Made by a program: the position numbers and the translations under genes
Notes under the pieces: generated by a model
Seen by the model: only the letters and a program-made list of their open reading frames with translations
Databases searched by the model: none
What the model was told of the DNA's origin: nothing
Shown: piece after piece, positions 1 through 7,955 of the stretch
Position numbering within the stretch: position 1 is the first letter of the stretch
Layout of the letters: each line of letters opens with the position of its first letter
NCBI GenBank assembly: GCA_036338695.1
Contig: JAYZBQ010000078.1
Location: 1-24,600 of the forward strand
Length of the DNA: 24,600 nucleotides
Source: Myxococcota bacterium
GTDB taxonomy: Bacteria; Myxococcota; UBA4151
Direction: 5' to 3'

Positions 1-2
1 AA

Positions 3-539
3 GCGGGTGAGGTCTGCGACGACGGCAACCGCAGCGACAACGACCTGTGCACCAACGCCTGCCAAGTCGCCCGCTGCGGCGACGGGATCCTCCACACCGG
101 CGTCGAACAGTGCGATGACGGCAACCAGAACAACAACGACAACTGCTCGAACACGTGCACCTCGGGTGCAGCGCCCGAGGGCTGTTATTTCGTCGCCAAC
201 CGAACCCCTGTGACCATCTCATGCAACCGCTGGGTTAACTGGTCAGATGCGCGGCGAGCATGCCGGGATTGGGGCGGCGAGCTCGCCTCGGTGATGGATC
301 AAAACGATCAAAACCTGCTCTGGGCGGCCGCGCAGCGCAACGACCACTGGATCGGCTTAAAGAGGCACCGTGGGGGGTGGCGCTGGGAGAGTCGAGCGTC
401 CAACTTTAGCTATTGGGCGGACAACCAGCCCGATGACTGGCGTAACAACGAGGATTGCGGCGAGATCTGGGCTCGCCCGAACGGCCGCTGGAACGACGTC
501 CGCTGCGACGAACGCAACCGCTACTTCTGTGAGCGATAG
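3..539 (+). CDS. 5'-truncated surface protein: Myxococcus cysteine-rich repeats (DUF4215-type) followed by a C-terminal C-type lectin domain
   Basis: Frame +3 is open from the window edge and reads AGEVCDDGNRSDNDLCTNACQVARCGDGILHTGVEQCDDGNQNNNDNCSNTC, in frame with the 210..539 ORF. The lectin domain has WSDARRAC, WIGL, QPD, EDC, WND and a terminal YFCE. Confidence 0.9.
   Translation, partial: AGEVCDDGNRSDNDLCTNACQVARCGDGILHTGVEQCDDGNQNNNDNCSNTCTSGAAPEGCYFVANRTPVTISCNRWVNWSDARRACRDWGGELASVMDQNDQNLLWAAAQRNDHWIGLKRHRGGWRWESRASNFSYWADNQPDDWRNNEDCGEIWARPNGRWNDVRCDERNRYFCER
9..158 (+). repeat. Two Myxococcus-type cysteine-rich repeat units (E-x-CDDGN...D-x-C...C)
   Basis: EVCDDGNRSDNDLCTNACQVARCGDG and EQCDDGNQNNNDNCSNTC in frame +3. 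Confidence 0.85.
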
Positions 540-585
540 GCCGGTCAACCGAGTCGAGACTTGACCCGAATTCGCTTTGCTCGCC

Positions 586-1185
586 ATGGGCACCCTCATG
601 ATGACACTGATCGCCGCACTGACCGTTCTGCAAACGCAAGCTCATGAGCTCTTCGGCGCCTACCCAAGCGCCGCGCAAGTCGCCAACTTGGAGCGCTCCA
701 AAGCCGCCTCTTGCGATGACCACGCGGCGGCGCTGAGCGATCGCCTCGAGCCGGCGCGCGCAGTGTTGGTCCTGGTGGGCTGCTCGAACAGCCGCAGCTG
801 CCAGCGCTCGGGACGCATCAGCCGCTGCGCTGGAACACCTCGAAGCCAAGATAAGGTCACGCTCGTGAGCTGGTATGGCGAGGAGCTCTTTCAAGGGCGT
901 GCCTCGGGATTCGCCGCCATCCTCGCCGCGAAAGACTGCGGTGCGCCGCGACTCGCCATCGAAGCGAAGAACCGGCGCGGTCAGCGCGACGCCGAGCTGA
1001 CGCAGCTGCTTCGAGCTCAGCTCGCCCAAACCCCGTTTCGAACGGTCCGAGCGACCCAAAACGACGACACGACTCGCCGCCTCCAAGACCGTTGGATGGC
1101 GACGGCGATGCGGGGTGGCTCGAGCGGATCTTATCCAATCAAGCAGCCCTCAAGCAGCTCATTGAGCGCGCCGATCCCGCCTTGA
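586..1185 (+). CDS. Hypothetical secreted, Cys-containing protein; 3' end possibly frameshifted
   Basis: ATG at 586; hydrophobic N-terminus (LMMTLIAALTVLQTQA) resembles a signal peptide; fills the gap between neighbours; no family recognised. Confidence 0.55.
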   Translation: MGTLMMTLIAALTVLQTQAHELFGAYPSAAQVANLERSKAASCDDHAAALSDRLEPARAVLVLVGCSNSRSCQRSGRISRCAGTPRSQDKVTLVSWYGEELFQGRASGFAAILAAKDCGAPRLAIEAKNRRGQRDAELTQLLRAQLAQTPFRTVRATQNDDTTRRLQDRWMATAMRGGSSGSYPIKQPSSSSLSAPIPP

Positions 1186-1277
1186 TCGAACAACTACACC
1201 TGGAGCCTTGGGCCGACTACCTGCTCGAAAACAATGTGATCAAAGCGGCTGACTTGGACCCAGCGCGCGGCGGCTGA
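1092..1277 (+). CDS. Small hypothetical ORF, or the frameshifted C-terminus of the preceding protein
   Basis: Amphipathic, protein-like sequence (WLERILSNQAALKQLIERADPALIEQLHLEPWADYLLENNVI); only a TTG start; stops 4 bp from the stop of the convergent SDR. Confidence 0.4.
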   Translation: MDGDGDAGWLERILSNQAALKQLIERADPALIEQLHLEPWADYLLENNVIKAADLDPARGG

Positions 1278-1281
1278 CGCG

Positions 1282-2046
1282 TCAGCGATCGCCGGGCTCG
1301 TCACCCTGAGCAGCGGCTAAAAAGGCGGGCGATTCGCCCCCCCCGTGCAGCGGGATGCAACCGCCGGTAAGATAGCGAGCAGCCGGTGAGTCGAGATACA
1401 GACACAGCGAGGCGAGGTCCTCAGCGGTGGCCATCCGCTGCAGCGGCACCGTCTTGGCGACTCGCTCCACCCCTTCGGCACCGCCGTAATGCGCTAAGCT
1501 GTCCGGTGTCTCGACAAACCCCAAGGCCACGGCGTTGACCCGCAGCGCAGGCGCCCACTCCACCGCAAGGCTTTGCGTGAGATGAATCAAACCCGCTTTC
1601 GCGGCTCCGTAGGCTGCGGTTCCCGGCGAGGGTCGCTGACCACTCACCGAGGCGACGTTGATGATCTGCCCACCCTCGGGCTGCGTCTTCATCACCGCGT
1701 GCGCGGCCGTTGCGCAGTACAGCGGCGCCAAGAGGTTGAGCTCGATGATCTTACGCGAAAAGCTGCTCGAGGCTTGATCAGCCGGCACCATGGGGCTGCC
1801 GCCTGCGTTGTTGATGAGCAGGTCGATGCCGCCGAGATAGGCGGCTGCTTCTTCGCAGGCTGCAGCGGCTTGATCCGGGTCGCGCAGGTCAGCGACCGTG
1901 AAACCGACCCCTTGCGTCAAAGCTTGGTCTGGGCGGCGGCGCGCACAGGTAAACACGCGATAGCCGCTCTCGACAAAAGCCTCGACCAGCCCGCGACCGA
2001 CCCCACGACTACCGCCTGTAATCCAAACTCGTCGCGTCGCCTTCAT
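1282..2046 (-). CDS. SDR family oxidoreductase, Rv3549c-like (HIP cluster associated)
   Basis: TGGSRGVG, NNAGG and YGAAK motifs; RPSPGTAAYGAAKAGL..LTQSLAVEWAP.LRVN and C-terminal LHGGGE.PAFL recalled from this family. Start ATG 2046 (TTG 2052 alternative). Confidence 0.9.
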   Translation of the reverse strand: MKATRRVWITGGSRGVGRGLVEAFVESGYRVFTCARRRPDQALTQGVGFTVADLRDPDQAAAACEEAAAYLGGIDLLINNAGGSPMVPADQASSSFSRKIIELNLLAPLYCATAAHAVMKTQPEGGQIINVASVSGQRPSPGTAAYGAAKAGLIHLTQSLAVEWAPALRVNAVALGFVETPDSLAHYGGAEGVERVAKTVPLQRMATAEDLASLCLYLDSPAARYLTGGCIPLHGGGESPAFLAAAQGDEPGDR

Positions 2047-2141
2047 GGTCAAACCATGATGCAGAAGCGCCCGGCAAACAAGTTCTCGGCACTTGTCATG
2101 TGGCGCACCCTGCCGCAGGACAAGATGGATCGGAGGAGCTA

Positions 2142-3047
2142 ATGACTCGACTCTGCGATGGGCGCGTGGTGATCGTGACCGGCGCAGGCGCTGGGATTGG
2201 GCGGGCGCACGCGCTGGCGCTCGCAGAAGCCGGCGCCACCGTGATCGTCAACGATTTGGGCACCTCAAACCATGGAGAGGGCGCCAGCGAGGGGCCTGCC
2301 CAGACCGTCGCCAAGGCGATCACCGACGCCGGTGGGCGAGCGCTTGCGAACACAGACGATGTGACCGACAGCGACGCCATGCGCGCGCTCGTCGACGAGA
2401 CGATCTCCACCTTTGGGACCTTACACGCCGTCGTCAACAACGCCGGTTTTGTCCGAGACCGCATGTTTGTTTCCTGCGGTGACGACGAGTGGGATGCGGT
2501 GATGAACGTCCACCTGCGCGGGCACCTCGCCTTGTCTCGTGCGGCTGCCCAATTCTGGCGGGCTCAAGCCAAGGCCGGCGATCCGGTCGATGCGCGCATC
2601 ATCAACACCAGCTCGGGCGCCGGCTTACGCGGCTCGGTGGGACAATCGGCTTACTCAGCAGCCAAAGCGGGGATCCTCGCGCTCACGCTGGTCCAAGCGG
2701 CTGAGCTCAAACGCTATGGCGTGACCGCCAATGTCCTCTCGCCTGCGGCGCGCACGCGTATGACGGAGGCCGTCTTTGCTGAGATGATGGCTCGCCCAGA
2801 GACTGGCTTTGACCGCATGGACCCAGCCAACATCAGCCCGCTGGTCGTCTATCTTGCGAGCGATCGTTCGGGGCATGTCAGCGGGCGTAGTTTTGAGGTG
2901 GAAGGCGGCCTCATCGCTCTCAACAGCGGCTGGCGTCGCGGCGCACAGCGCAGCCAGCAAGCGCGCTGGGATGCGCAGGCGCTCGGATCCGTGATCGACG
3001 AACTGATCGCCGAACAACCGGCGGACACGCCCCCCTACGGCGCCTGA
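2142..3047 (+). CDS. SDR family oxidoreductase (3-hydroxyacyl-CoA dehydrogenase-like), Rv3548c-like
   Basis: DGRVVIVTGAGAGIGRAHAL, VNNAGFVRDRM, DARIINTSSGAGL.GSVGQ..YSAAK; GGAGGAG RBS just upstream of ATG 2142. Confidence 0.92.
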   Translation: MTRLCDGRVVIVTGAGAGIGRAHALALAEAGATVIVNDLGTSNHGEGASEGPAQTVAKAITDAGGRALANTDDVTDSDAMRALVDETISTFGTLHAVVNNAGFVRDRMFVSCGDDEWDAVMNVHLRGHLALSRAAAQFWRAQAKAGDPVDARIINTSSGAGLRGSVGQSAYSAAKAGILALTLVQAAELKRYGVTANVLSPAARTRMTEAVFAEMMARPETGFDRMDPANISPLVVYLASDRSGHVSGRSFEVEGGLIALNSGWRRGAQRSQQARWDAQALGSVIDELIAEQPADTPPYGA

Positions 3048-3535
3048 TTCGCTGCCTCTGGCGGCATCCCAGCGTAGTCGGTGCGGCGATAGTTTTGATG
3101 GCACGCAAAGCAGCCATCGCCGCCCGCCGTCGGCTGCTGAGGGTTCCCCTCCTCATCGGGCGTGACCATCTCCCAGCGCCAGTTCCCGTTCGCCGTATCG
3201 CCGCCCACCTCCAAGCGGGTCATCATCGTCCAGCTCTTGAGCGTCGAACAGTTCGAGTTGCTGTATTGTGCCTTGAGCAGCACCGAGCCCGGCTGAAAAG
3301 CGACCATCTCACCTGGCGGCAAGGTGCCAAGTTCTGGATCGATGCGCTGCGCCCAATCTGTATAAGTCGGCTGCGCCAAGTCGTTGGCGAAGACGCGGAT
3401 CGTGTCGCCCCCGTGCACTGAGCCCTCGGTGCACGGCTTTACCTGCTTCCAGCTCGTCGTGTAATCTTCCGGGAAAGGTGGCTCTTCACCGCAACCGGTG
3501 AGCGCGACACTCGCTGCTAGGACAAAACGCATCAT
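3035..3535 (-). CDS. Cytochrome P460-family (beta-sheet) monoheme lipoprotein
   Basis: Lipobox LTGC; FPEDY..W, VFAN, F.PGSVLLK, GNWRW, C-terminal CFACH followed by DY, which is the P460/c'-beta layout; GGAGG RBS; begins 21 bp after the thiolase stop. Confidence 0.8.
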   Translation of the reverse strand: MMRFVLAASVALTGCGEEPPFPEDYTTSWKQVKPCTEGSVHGGDTIRVFANDLAQPTYTDWAQRIDPELGTLPPGEMVAFQPGSVLLKAQYSNSNCSTLKSWTMMTRLEVGGDTANGNWRWEMVTPDEEGNPQQPTAGGDGCFACHQNYRRTDYAGMPPEAANQAP

Positions 3536-3556
3536 ACTGCACCTCCGGGCTGTCCC

Positions 3557-4720
3557 TTACAGACGTTGCAGCAGAAGCGCCATCCCCTGACCGCCGCCGA
3601 CACACAAGGTCGCAAGGCCGATCTCTAGGTCCTCATCTTCCAGGGTATGCAGTAGCGTGGTGACGAGGCGGACACCGGTCATGCCGAAGGGGTGCCCCAG
3701 CGCCAGCGCGCCCCCCCGCACGTTCAAACGATCGTCTCGAATGCCGAGCTGCTGCTGGCACGGAATGACCTGCGCAGCGAAGGCTTCGTTGAGCTCGATA
3801 CGGTCGACGTCGGCGAGGGTCATGCCGGCAGCCTTGAGGACCCGCCGTGTCGACTCGACCGGGCCCATACCCATGAGTTCTGGGGACACCGAGCTGACCG
3901 CCGTGGCGATGATCCGGGCGCGCGGCCGCAGCCCGAGCTCGGTCACCCGGCGTCCGCTCATCACAACCGCTGCGGCGGCGCCGTCGTTCAAGGGGCAAGC
4001 GTTGCCCGCGGTCACGCGACCGTCCTCGCGAAAAACAGTCCGCAGCCCTTGCAACCCCTCCAGGCTGGTTCCCGCGCGTGGCGACTCATCCCGATCAAAG
4101 CGTCTGCCGGCGCCGAGCGGGACCGCCACGATCTCACGCTCAAAGCACCCGGTCTCGAGGGCGTGTACCGCCCGGCGCTGGCTCTGAACGGCGTAGGTGT
4201 CCATCTGCTCACGCGTGACCCCGTAGGTATCGGCGACCCGCTCAGCGGTCTCGCCCATCGCCAGGTAAACATCCGGCAGGTCCGGCTCGGCTGCAAAGCG
4301 CGGGTTTTTGCTGCCCTCCATACCATCCGCTTTGCCGACATGGTAGCGACTGATCGCCTCAACGCCGGCGGCAATTTGAACCTGCGCCTCACCGGCTCGA
4401 ATCGCGTGATAAGCCATCCGAAGCGCCTGCAACGAGGAGGCGCAATAGCGATTGACGGTGGCACCTGCCGCGCCAGCCAGACCCGCTAGGAGCGAGACCG
4501 GTCGCGCCATATTGTAACCCTGCTCACCCGCTGGCTGGGCGCACCCGAGGAGCACATCCTCGACCTCGCTTGGGTCAAGCTCCGGCACCTCACCAAGCGC
4601 CGCTTGGATGGTCCAAGCCGCTAAGTCGTCGGCTCGCCAATCGACCAGGCTCCCTTTGAACGCCCGGGCGATGGGTGTTCGCTTGGCTGCAACCAAAACG
4701 GCGTCATGAGGTCGTAGCAT
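3557..4720 (-). CDS. Acetyl-CoA C-acyltransferase (thiolase), resembling the actinobacterial FadA3-type clade
   Basis: NRYCASS active Cys, NEAFA, GHPFG and CVGGGQG; LPDVYLAMGETAE and TAGNACPLNDGA signatures; overlaps the fadD3 stop by 17 bp. Confidence 0.93.
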   Translation of the reverse strand: MLRPHDAVLVAAKRTPIARAFKGSLVDWRADDLAAWTIQAALGEVPELDPSEVEDVLLGCAQPAGEQGYNMARPVSLLAGLAGAAGATVNRYCASSLQALRMAYHAIRAGEAQVQIAAGVEAISRYHVGKADGMEGSKNPRFAAEPDLPDVYLAMGETAERVADTYGVTREQMDTYAVQSQRRAVHALETGCFEREIVAVPLGAGRRFDRDESPRAGTSLEGLQGLRTVFREDGRVTAGNACPLNDGAAAAVVMSGRRVTELGLRPRARIIATAVSSVSPELMGMGPVESTRRVLKAAGMTLADVDRIELNEAFAAQVIPCQQQLGIRDDRLNVRGGALALGHPFGMTGVRLVTTLLHTLEDEDLEIGLATLCVGGGQGMALLLQRL

Positions 4721-6314
4721 CGTGCGCTCGCTCCTTGAGTTTGTATTTGAGCACCTTGCCGCTCGCGTTCATGGGCAACGAGTCGACCCACCGCACTGCG
4801 CGCGGTACCTTGAAATTTGCGAGGCGCTCCCGGCACAGGCTCATCAGCCCCTCCTCCTCGGCGACCGCGCCCTGCTTTGCCACCAAGTAGGCGACGCACA
4901 CCTCACCTAAGCGCTGATCAGGGACCCCGACCACCGCCGCTTGAGCCACCGCTTGATGCGCCAAGAGGACCTGCTCGACCTCCGCAGGGTACACGTTGAA
5001 GCCGCCCACGATCACCATGTCCTTTTTGCGGTCCGTGATCTGGAGGTACCCACGCGCATCGAGCATGCCGATGTCTCCCGTGTGCAAAAACCCATCCGAC
5101 TCGATCGCCTCGGCTGTGGCGACGTCATCGCGCCAGTAGCCGCTCATGACGTTGTAGCCGCGCACCATCACCTCGCCCGCCTCGCCGGCCTTCGCCTGTA
5201 GGCCATCCGAGCGGATAATTTTGACCTCCACGTCAGGGATCGAGCGCCCCGAGGTGGTTGCGATGGTCTCTGGGTCGTCATCGTGGCGACACATGGTCAC
5301 CACGCCGGTGGTCTCCGTTAGACCATACCCGGTGATGACGGTCTCAAAGCCGAGCCGGTGGCGCATCTGCTCGATCAACGTCACGGGAATCACCGCCGCG
5401 CCTGTCACCGCCAACCGCAGGCTCGAGCGGTCGTACGCGTCGAGGTCCTGGCGCGCCAAAATCGTCTGATAAAGCGCCGGAGGACCCGGTAAAACGCTCA
5501 CCCGATCGCGCCCGACGCGCCGAAGTAAGCGCTCGGGGTCAAAGACAGGCTCGGGCAACACGGTGGCGCCGGTCATCAGGCAAGCCAGCCAGCCAGCCTT
5601 GTAGCCGAAGGAGTGGAAGAAGGGCATCGCCACAAGGTACCGATCACCGGCTCGCAGACCGACGACCTCGGCCCAGTCTCGAAACACCCGCAGCGTCTGA
5701 GCGTGTGTGCTCGGCACCCCTTTGGGGGCGCCCGTGGTTCCCGACGTGAACAGAAGGTCGCAGAGATCATGGGCGCGCACCTGACGCCGGCGCGCTGCGA
5801 GCTCAGCGGGTGCCACCTCGGCACCGAGCGCTACAAAGCGCTGCCAGGACACCGCGCGCTCGTCGAGGCCGTCGAGCAGGACGACGTGGTCGAGCTGCGG
5901 CTGGCTTTGAGCGCGCGCGAGCAGGTCGAGGTAATCGGTGTCGAGGAAGCCCTCGATGGTGACGAGAAGACGGGCGCCGCTACGCTCTAAAATATAGGCT
6001 GCCTCATCGCCTCGGTACCGCGTGTTGATCGGCACCAGGCACGCGCCCACGCGCTGAATGCCCAGGGCCACAAGCACCCAATTCGGGTGATTCGGCGCCC
6101 ACAGCGCGACGCGATCACCCTGCGCGACGCCGAGCGCCATCAAGGCGGTCGCCGCCCGGTCCACAAGCTCTGGTAAGTCCGCGAAACGGATGCGCACCGA
6201 GTCAGCCTCGATGAACACGGCGTCGCCGTGAGCCTGCGCGGCGTGATCGACGAGGTCAGCGAGGGTCTGATAGACAAGATCGCCGCGGCAGCCTGATGCT
6301 TCAAAATCGGCCAT
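4704..6314 (-). CDS. fadD3: HIP-CoA ligase (FadD3-family acyl-CoA synthetase)
   Basis: FTSGTTGAPKG, PFFHSFGYKAGWLACL (FadD3-type), GYGLTE, LHTGDIG, GGFNVYPAEVE, GKVLK. Start reassigned to ATG 6314 with an AAGGGAG RBS; lies next to echA20-ipdABC. Confidence 0.88.
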   Translation of the reverse strand: MADFEASGCRGDLVYQTLADLVDHAAQAHGDAVFIEADSVRIRFADLPELVDRAATALMALGVAQGDRVALWAPNHPNWVLVALGIQRVGACLVPINTRYRGDEAAYILERSGARLLVTIEGFLDTDYLDLLARAQSQPQLDHVVLLDGLDERAVSWQRFVALGAEVAPAELAARRRQVRAHDLCDLLFTSGTTGAPKGVPSTHAQTLRVFRDWAEVVGLRAGDRYLVAMPFFHSFGYKAGWLACLMTGATVLPEPVFDPERLLRRVGRDRVSVLPGPPALYQTILARQDLDAYDRSSLRLAVTGAAVIPVTLIEQMRHRLGFETVITGYGLTETTGVVTMCRHDDDPETIATTSGRSIPDVEVKIIRSDGLQAKAGEAGEVMVRGYNVMSGYWRDDVATAEAIESDGFLHTGDIGMLDARGYLQITDRKKDMVIVGGFNVYPAEVEQVLLAHQAVAQAAVVGVPDQRLGEVCVAYLVAKQGAVAEEEGLMSLCRERLANFKVPRAVRWVDSLPMNASGKVLKYKLKERAHDATTS

Positions 6315-6325
6315 GCTGCGCTCCC

Positions 6326-6355
6326 TTGACGGCAAACTGAAACACGTTTCATTCT
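6326..6355 (+). promoter_or_regulatory. Putative sigma70-type promoter for the echA20-ipdABC arm
   Basis: TTGACG (6326-6331), 18-bp spacer, CATTCT (6350-6355), within the only intergenic gap between the divergent operons. Confidence 0.5.
6338..6351. promoter_or_regulatory. 14-bp palindromic operator TGAAAC-AC-GTTTCA matching the KstR consensus TnnAACnnGTTnnA
   Basis: Perfect 6-bp inverted arms; AT-rich against a GC-rich background; lies between the -35 and -10 and overlaps the -10. Confidence 0.75.
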
Positions 6356-6387
6356 GCGGTGGCAAGCGCCGAGGAACGACGACGACG

Positions 6388-7134
6388 ATGGCGATCACAA
6401 CGCATTTCGATGGAGCCATCGCCGAGGTCGTGGTGGACCGACCACCCGTCAACGCGCTCGACAGCCAGGCCTGGTTTGAGCTGGCTGAGGCCATCACCGC
6501 CGCAGGGCGACGTAACTCGGTCTGTGTCGTGGTGCTGCGCGCCGAGGGGCGGGGCTTCAACGCCGGCGTCGACCTCAAAGCGTGTCAGGCGAGCGACGGA
6601 CACGATGAGCTGCTGGCGGTCAACAGAGCATGTTTTGCTGCCTTCAAGGCGATCTATGAGTGCGAGGTCCCGGTGCTCGCCGCGGTGCACGGCTTCTGTC
6701 TGGGCGGTGGCGTCGGTTTGGTCGGAAACGCCGACCTAGTGATCGCCGCGAGCGACGCGAGCTTCGGTTTGCCCGAGGTGGACCGGGGCGCGCTCGGCGG
6801 CGCCACGCAGCTGGCGCGGCTGGTGCCGTCACCTCAGCGGCTGCGCAGTCTTGTGTTCACGGGCGAGCGGATCGGCGCAGACGAGCTGGCGCGCTATGGC
6901 TCGGTTCAAGAGGTCGTTGCGCCCGAGCGCTTACGTGAGGAGGCGCTGCGCTGGGCGGGTAAACTTGCGCAGAAAGACCCCAAGGTGCTGCGCGCCGCCA
7001 AGGACTGCCTCAACGGGATCGATCCGGTCGACGTCAACAGGAGCTATCGCTACGAGCAGGGCTACACCTTTGAGCTCAACCTCAGCGGGCATGGTGACGC
7101 CGCTCGACAGGCTTTTGTCCGCGGAGAGGACTGA
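6388..7134 (+). CDS. echA20: EchA20-type crotonase (HIEC-CoA hydrolase, steroid ring D opening)
   Basis: PPVNAL, AEGRGFNAGVDLK, GFCLGGGVGLVGNAD, FGLPEVDRGALG, DVNRSYRYEQGYTFELNL; GAGGA RBS before ATG 6388; immediately precedes ipdA. Confidence 0.9.
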   Translation: MAITTHFDGAIAEVVVDRPPVNALDSQAWFELAEAITAAGRRNSVCVVVLRAEGRGFNAGVDLKACQASDGHDELLAVNRACFAAFKAIYECEVPVLAAVHGFCLGGGVGLVGNADLVIAASDASFGLPEVDRGALGGATQLARLVPSPQRLRSLVFTGERIGADELARYGSVQEVVAPERLREEALRWAGKLAQKDPKVLRAAKDCLNGIDPVDVNRSYRYEQGYTFELNLSGHGDAARQAFVRGED

Positions 7135-7955
7135 TGCGCCCCGATAAGCGCATGACGCCTGAGGAGGCGGTGGCTGAACTCGAAGACGGGATGACCATCG
7201 GGATCGGCGGCTGGGGCTCTCGACGCAAGCCGATGAGGCTCGTGCGCGCCTTGCTCGAGAGCGCGCTGAGTGAGCTGACCGTTGTCAGCTATGGCGGCCC
7301 GGACGTCGGCTTGTTGGCGCGCGCCCAGCGCATCAAGCGCCTCCTCTATGGCTTTGTTTCGCTCGACTCGATTCCGCTCGAGCCCCACTTTCGCCAAGCG
7401 CGTCAACGGGGCGCCTTCGAGGCGGTTGAGATGGACGAGGGGATGCTCTGGTGGGGGCTCTATGCTGCGGCGCTCAAGCTCCCCTTTCTACCGACGCGTG
7501 CCGGGCTCGGCTCCGACGTGGTGACGCGCTCAAGCCTGCTCAAAACCGTCCGCTCACCCTATGCGGATTGCGAGGAGCTCGTCGCCGTTCCGGCGATCAA
7601 ACTCGACGCCGCCTTCATCCACGTCCACCGCGCCGACGCGGCAGGCAATGGCATGATCCTTGGACCCGACCCCTATTTTGATCGGCTCTTTGCGCAAGCC
7701 GCCAAGCACACCTACATGAGCTGCGAGCAGCTCGTTGAGACCGAGTCGCTCTTTGATGAGGCGACCTATCAGAGCGAGTCGATCGCCCGCCTTCACGTCC
7801 ATGGCGTCATCGAGGCGCCCAAAGGGGCAGGGTTTACCGAGTGCCTACCGGACTATGCGCGCGACGAGGCGCTGCAATCGCTCTATGCACAAGGAGCCAA
7901 AGACGACGAAGCGTGGGCTGAGTTCGAGCGCCGGTTCATGCAGGAGGCCCCATGA
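7134..7955 (+). CDS. ipdA: Steroid ring C-cleaving hydrolase, alpha subunit (class I CoA-transferase fold)
   Basis: GMTIGIGGWGSRRKPM, YGGPDVGLL, YGFVSLDS, EMDEGM, LPFLP.RAGLGS, DPYFD.LF, PDY.RDE, all matching IpdA/Rv3551 as recalled. Confidence 0.92.
   Translation: MRPDKRMTPEEAVAELEDGMTIGIGGWGSRRKPMRLVRALLESALSELTVVSYGGPDVGLLARAQRIKRLLYGFVSLDSIPLEPHFRQARQRGAFEAVEMDEGMLWWGLYAAALKLPFLPTRAGLGSDVVTRSSLLKTVRSPYADCEELVAVPAIKLDAAFIHVHRADAAGNGMILGPDPYFDRLFAQAAKHTYMSCEQLVETESLFDEATYQSESIARLHVHGVIEAPKGAGFTECLPDYARDEALQSLYAQGAKDDEAWAEFERRFMQEAP

Noticed and set aside
543..566. Inverted repeat GGTCAA-N12-TTGACC after the lectin gene
   Set aside because: Only 6-bp arms, no adjoining U-tract and no second copy; it cannot be distinguished from chance or a lone -35 element.
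3035..3535. P460 as evidence of an ammonia-oxidising lifestyle
   Set aside because: No amo or hao genes are in the window, and P460-family proteins occur widely in heterotrophs.
6315..6578. N-terminal extension of fadD3 (624-aa ORF call), and the 6313 start for echA20
   Set aside because: Each overlaps the opposite gene and the promoter; RBS and family boundaries support starts at 6314 (-) and 6388 (+).
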